From Octopus sinensis (taxonomy: Eukaryota), in NCBI RefSeq assembly GCF_006345805.1, contig NC_042999.1, forward strand, positions 135,470,001-135,534,000: 64,000 nt of DNA. The letters run 5' to 3'. The notes beneath the pieces are model-generated. The model was not told the DNA's origin, ran no database searches, and saw only the letters and a program-made list of their open reading frames with translations. The translations under genes were made by a program, and so were the position numbers. Below, piece by piece: positions 62,950 to 64,000 of this stretch (positions are counted from its first letter, which is position 1; the number at the start of each line of letters is the position of its first letter).

Positions 62950-63884
62950 ATTTAGCACAATGTTCTCCCTAGTGCAACCATTTCTGACTGTTTCAGTTCC
63001 TTACCAATTATACAGATTCTTATCTGCAATAGCCACCCAATACTACTACTACTACTGCTGCTGCTACTGTTGCTACTACTGCTACTGCTGCTGCTAGACA
63101 GCTACTGCTTTCACCGCCACTGAATTCAACTGACCTGCTATATGATCACTAAATTTGCTAGAAATTACGTTCTATTGTGTCTTAAGAAAAATAACAATTT
63201 TGATCATCTAATCCCAGGTTCTTTGCACATAAGAAAAAGATGGGATCGTCACAGCGGAAGCAATAGTTCAACCTGAACAAATTAATGTGCGAAAAACAAA
63301 ATAGGAATCTTGAAAGAAGTTTCAAAAAGACTAGTTTTTGAACATCGAATGGTTATGGGAATCCACCAGAATAAAATAGGATCCCTGACTTAAATATTTT
63401 ATGTTCTCTTCCATTTTCTTTTTTATCTCTCTTCCACTCCTAATACTGATTCTTATTGCTCCTCTTGCCCCCCACCACCCATGCCTGCACAATTCCTTCA
63501 ATGTTCTGGTTTGTTATAACCAGAAATGACTCTGACGAAAGTAGCATTAAGTTTTTAGATCGTTCACTTTTTCTCAAACGATCAAAGTGTCGACTGTTAA
63601 GCCTAAATAACGAACCTATAATGACTACCGAAACAGCTGTAAGTCAAATTTACTACAATAAAGAAAGATATGCGATGACCATTATTTGTGACTTGTCTTG
63701 TATATCACTTAGTGTAAAAATCAGTATAACTGGAGCACAACTATAGATTTACAATATAGAATGGTGACGGGCCTTGCCTCAAGAATACGCGGAGTTCTTC
63801 ACTAATATGAACAATATTGTTAACCTGGTGTATTAACAGAGAGCTTATTTTGCCCGGATTTATAATCCCACACTAATAACTCTG

Positions 63885-63968
<84 letters not shown>
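63885..63968. repeat. (GT)n microsatellite
   Basis: Direct reading. Confidence 0.98.
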
Positions 63969-63971
<3 letters not shown>

Positions 63972-64000
63972 GATTTGCTTACGTTCCGATCGATTCAGCA

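Overview
AT-rich, microsatellite-rich eukaryotic DNA made almost entirely of transposable-element relics. The repeat repertoire is what I associate with an Octopus-type cephalopod genome; this is recognition, not a database result. I can support no host protein-coding gene, rRNA, functional tRNA or CRISPR array, so the window reads as intergenic DNA or a very large intron. Most ORFs in the supplied track are microsatellite artefacts or antisense shadows of TE fragments. Identifiable content: three tRNA-headed SINE families (called A, B, C here; about two dozen copies); CR1/L2-type, RTE, L1/Tx1-like and RLE-type LINE fragments; three unrelated Penelope-like elements (PLEs); Helitrons (one with a PIF1 helicase fragment); Tc1/mariner, hAT (SPIN/GTF2IRD2-type) and probable Merlin elements; several fold-back structures. 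Best leads: (1) a CR1-type LINE copy (48.1-49.6 kb) with dense sense-strand A->G clusters that turn YADD into CAGD, as expected if an ADAR-hyper-edited RNA was reverse-transcribed into the genome, though a sequencing artefact must be excluded; (2) a PLE family whose 3' end appears to combine a tRNA-like module with a hammerhead-like module; (3) a PLE minimal hammerhead whose predicted cleavage site coincides with the start of an inverted terminal copy; (4) an isolated Myb/SANT-like ORF between 100-bp direct repeats. Coordinates were counted by hand; edges of decayed repeats are good to about 10-30 nt.
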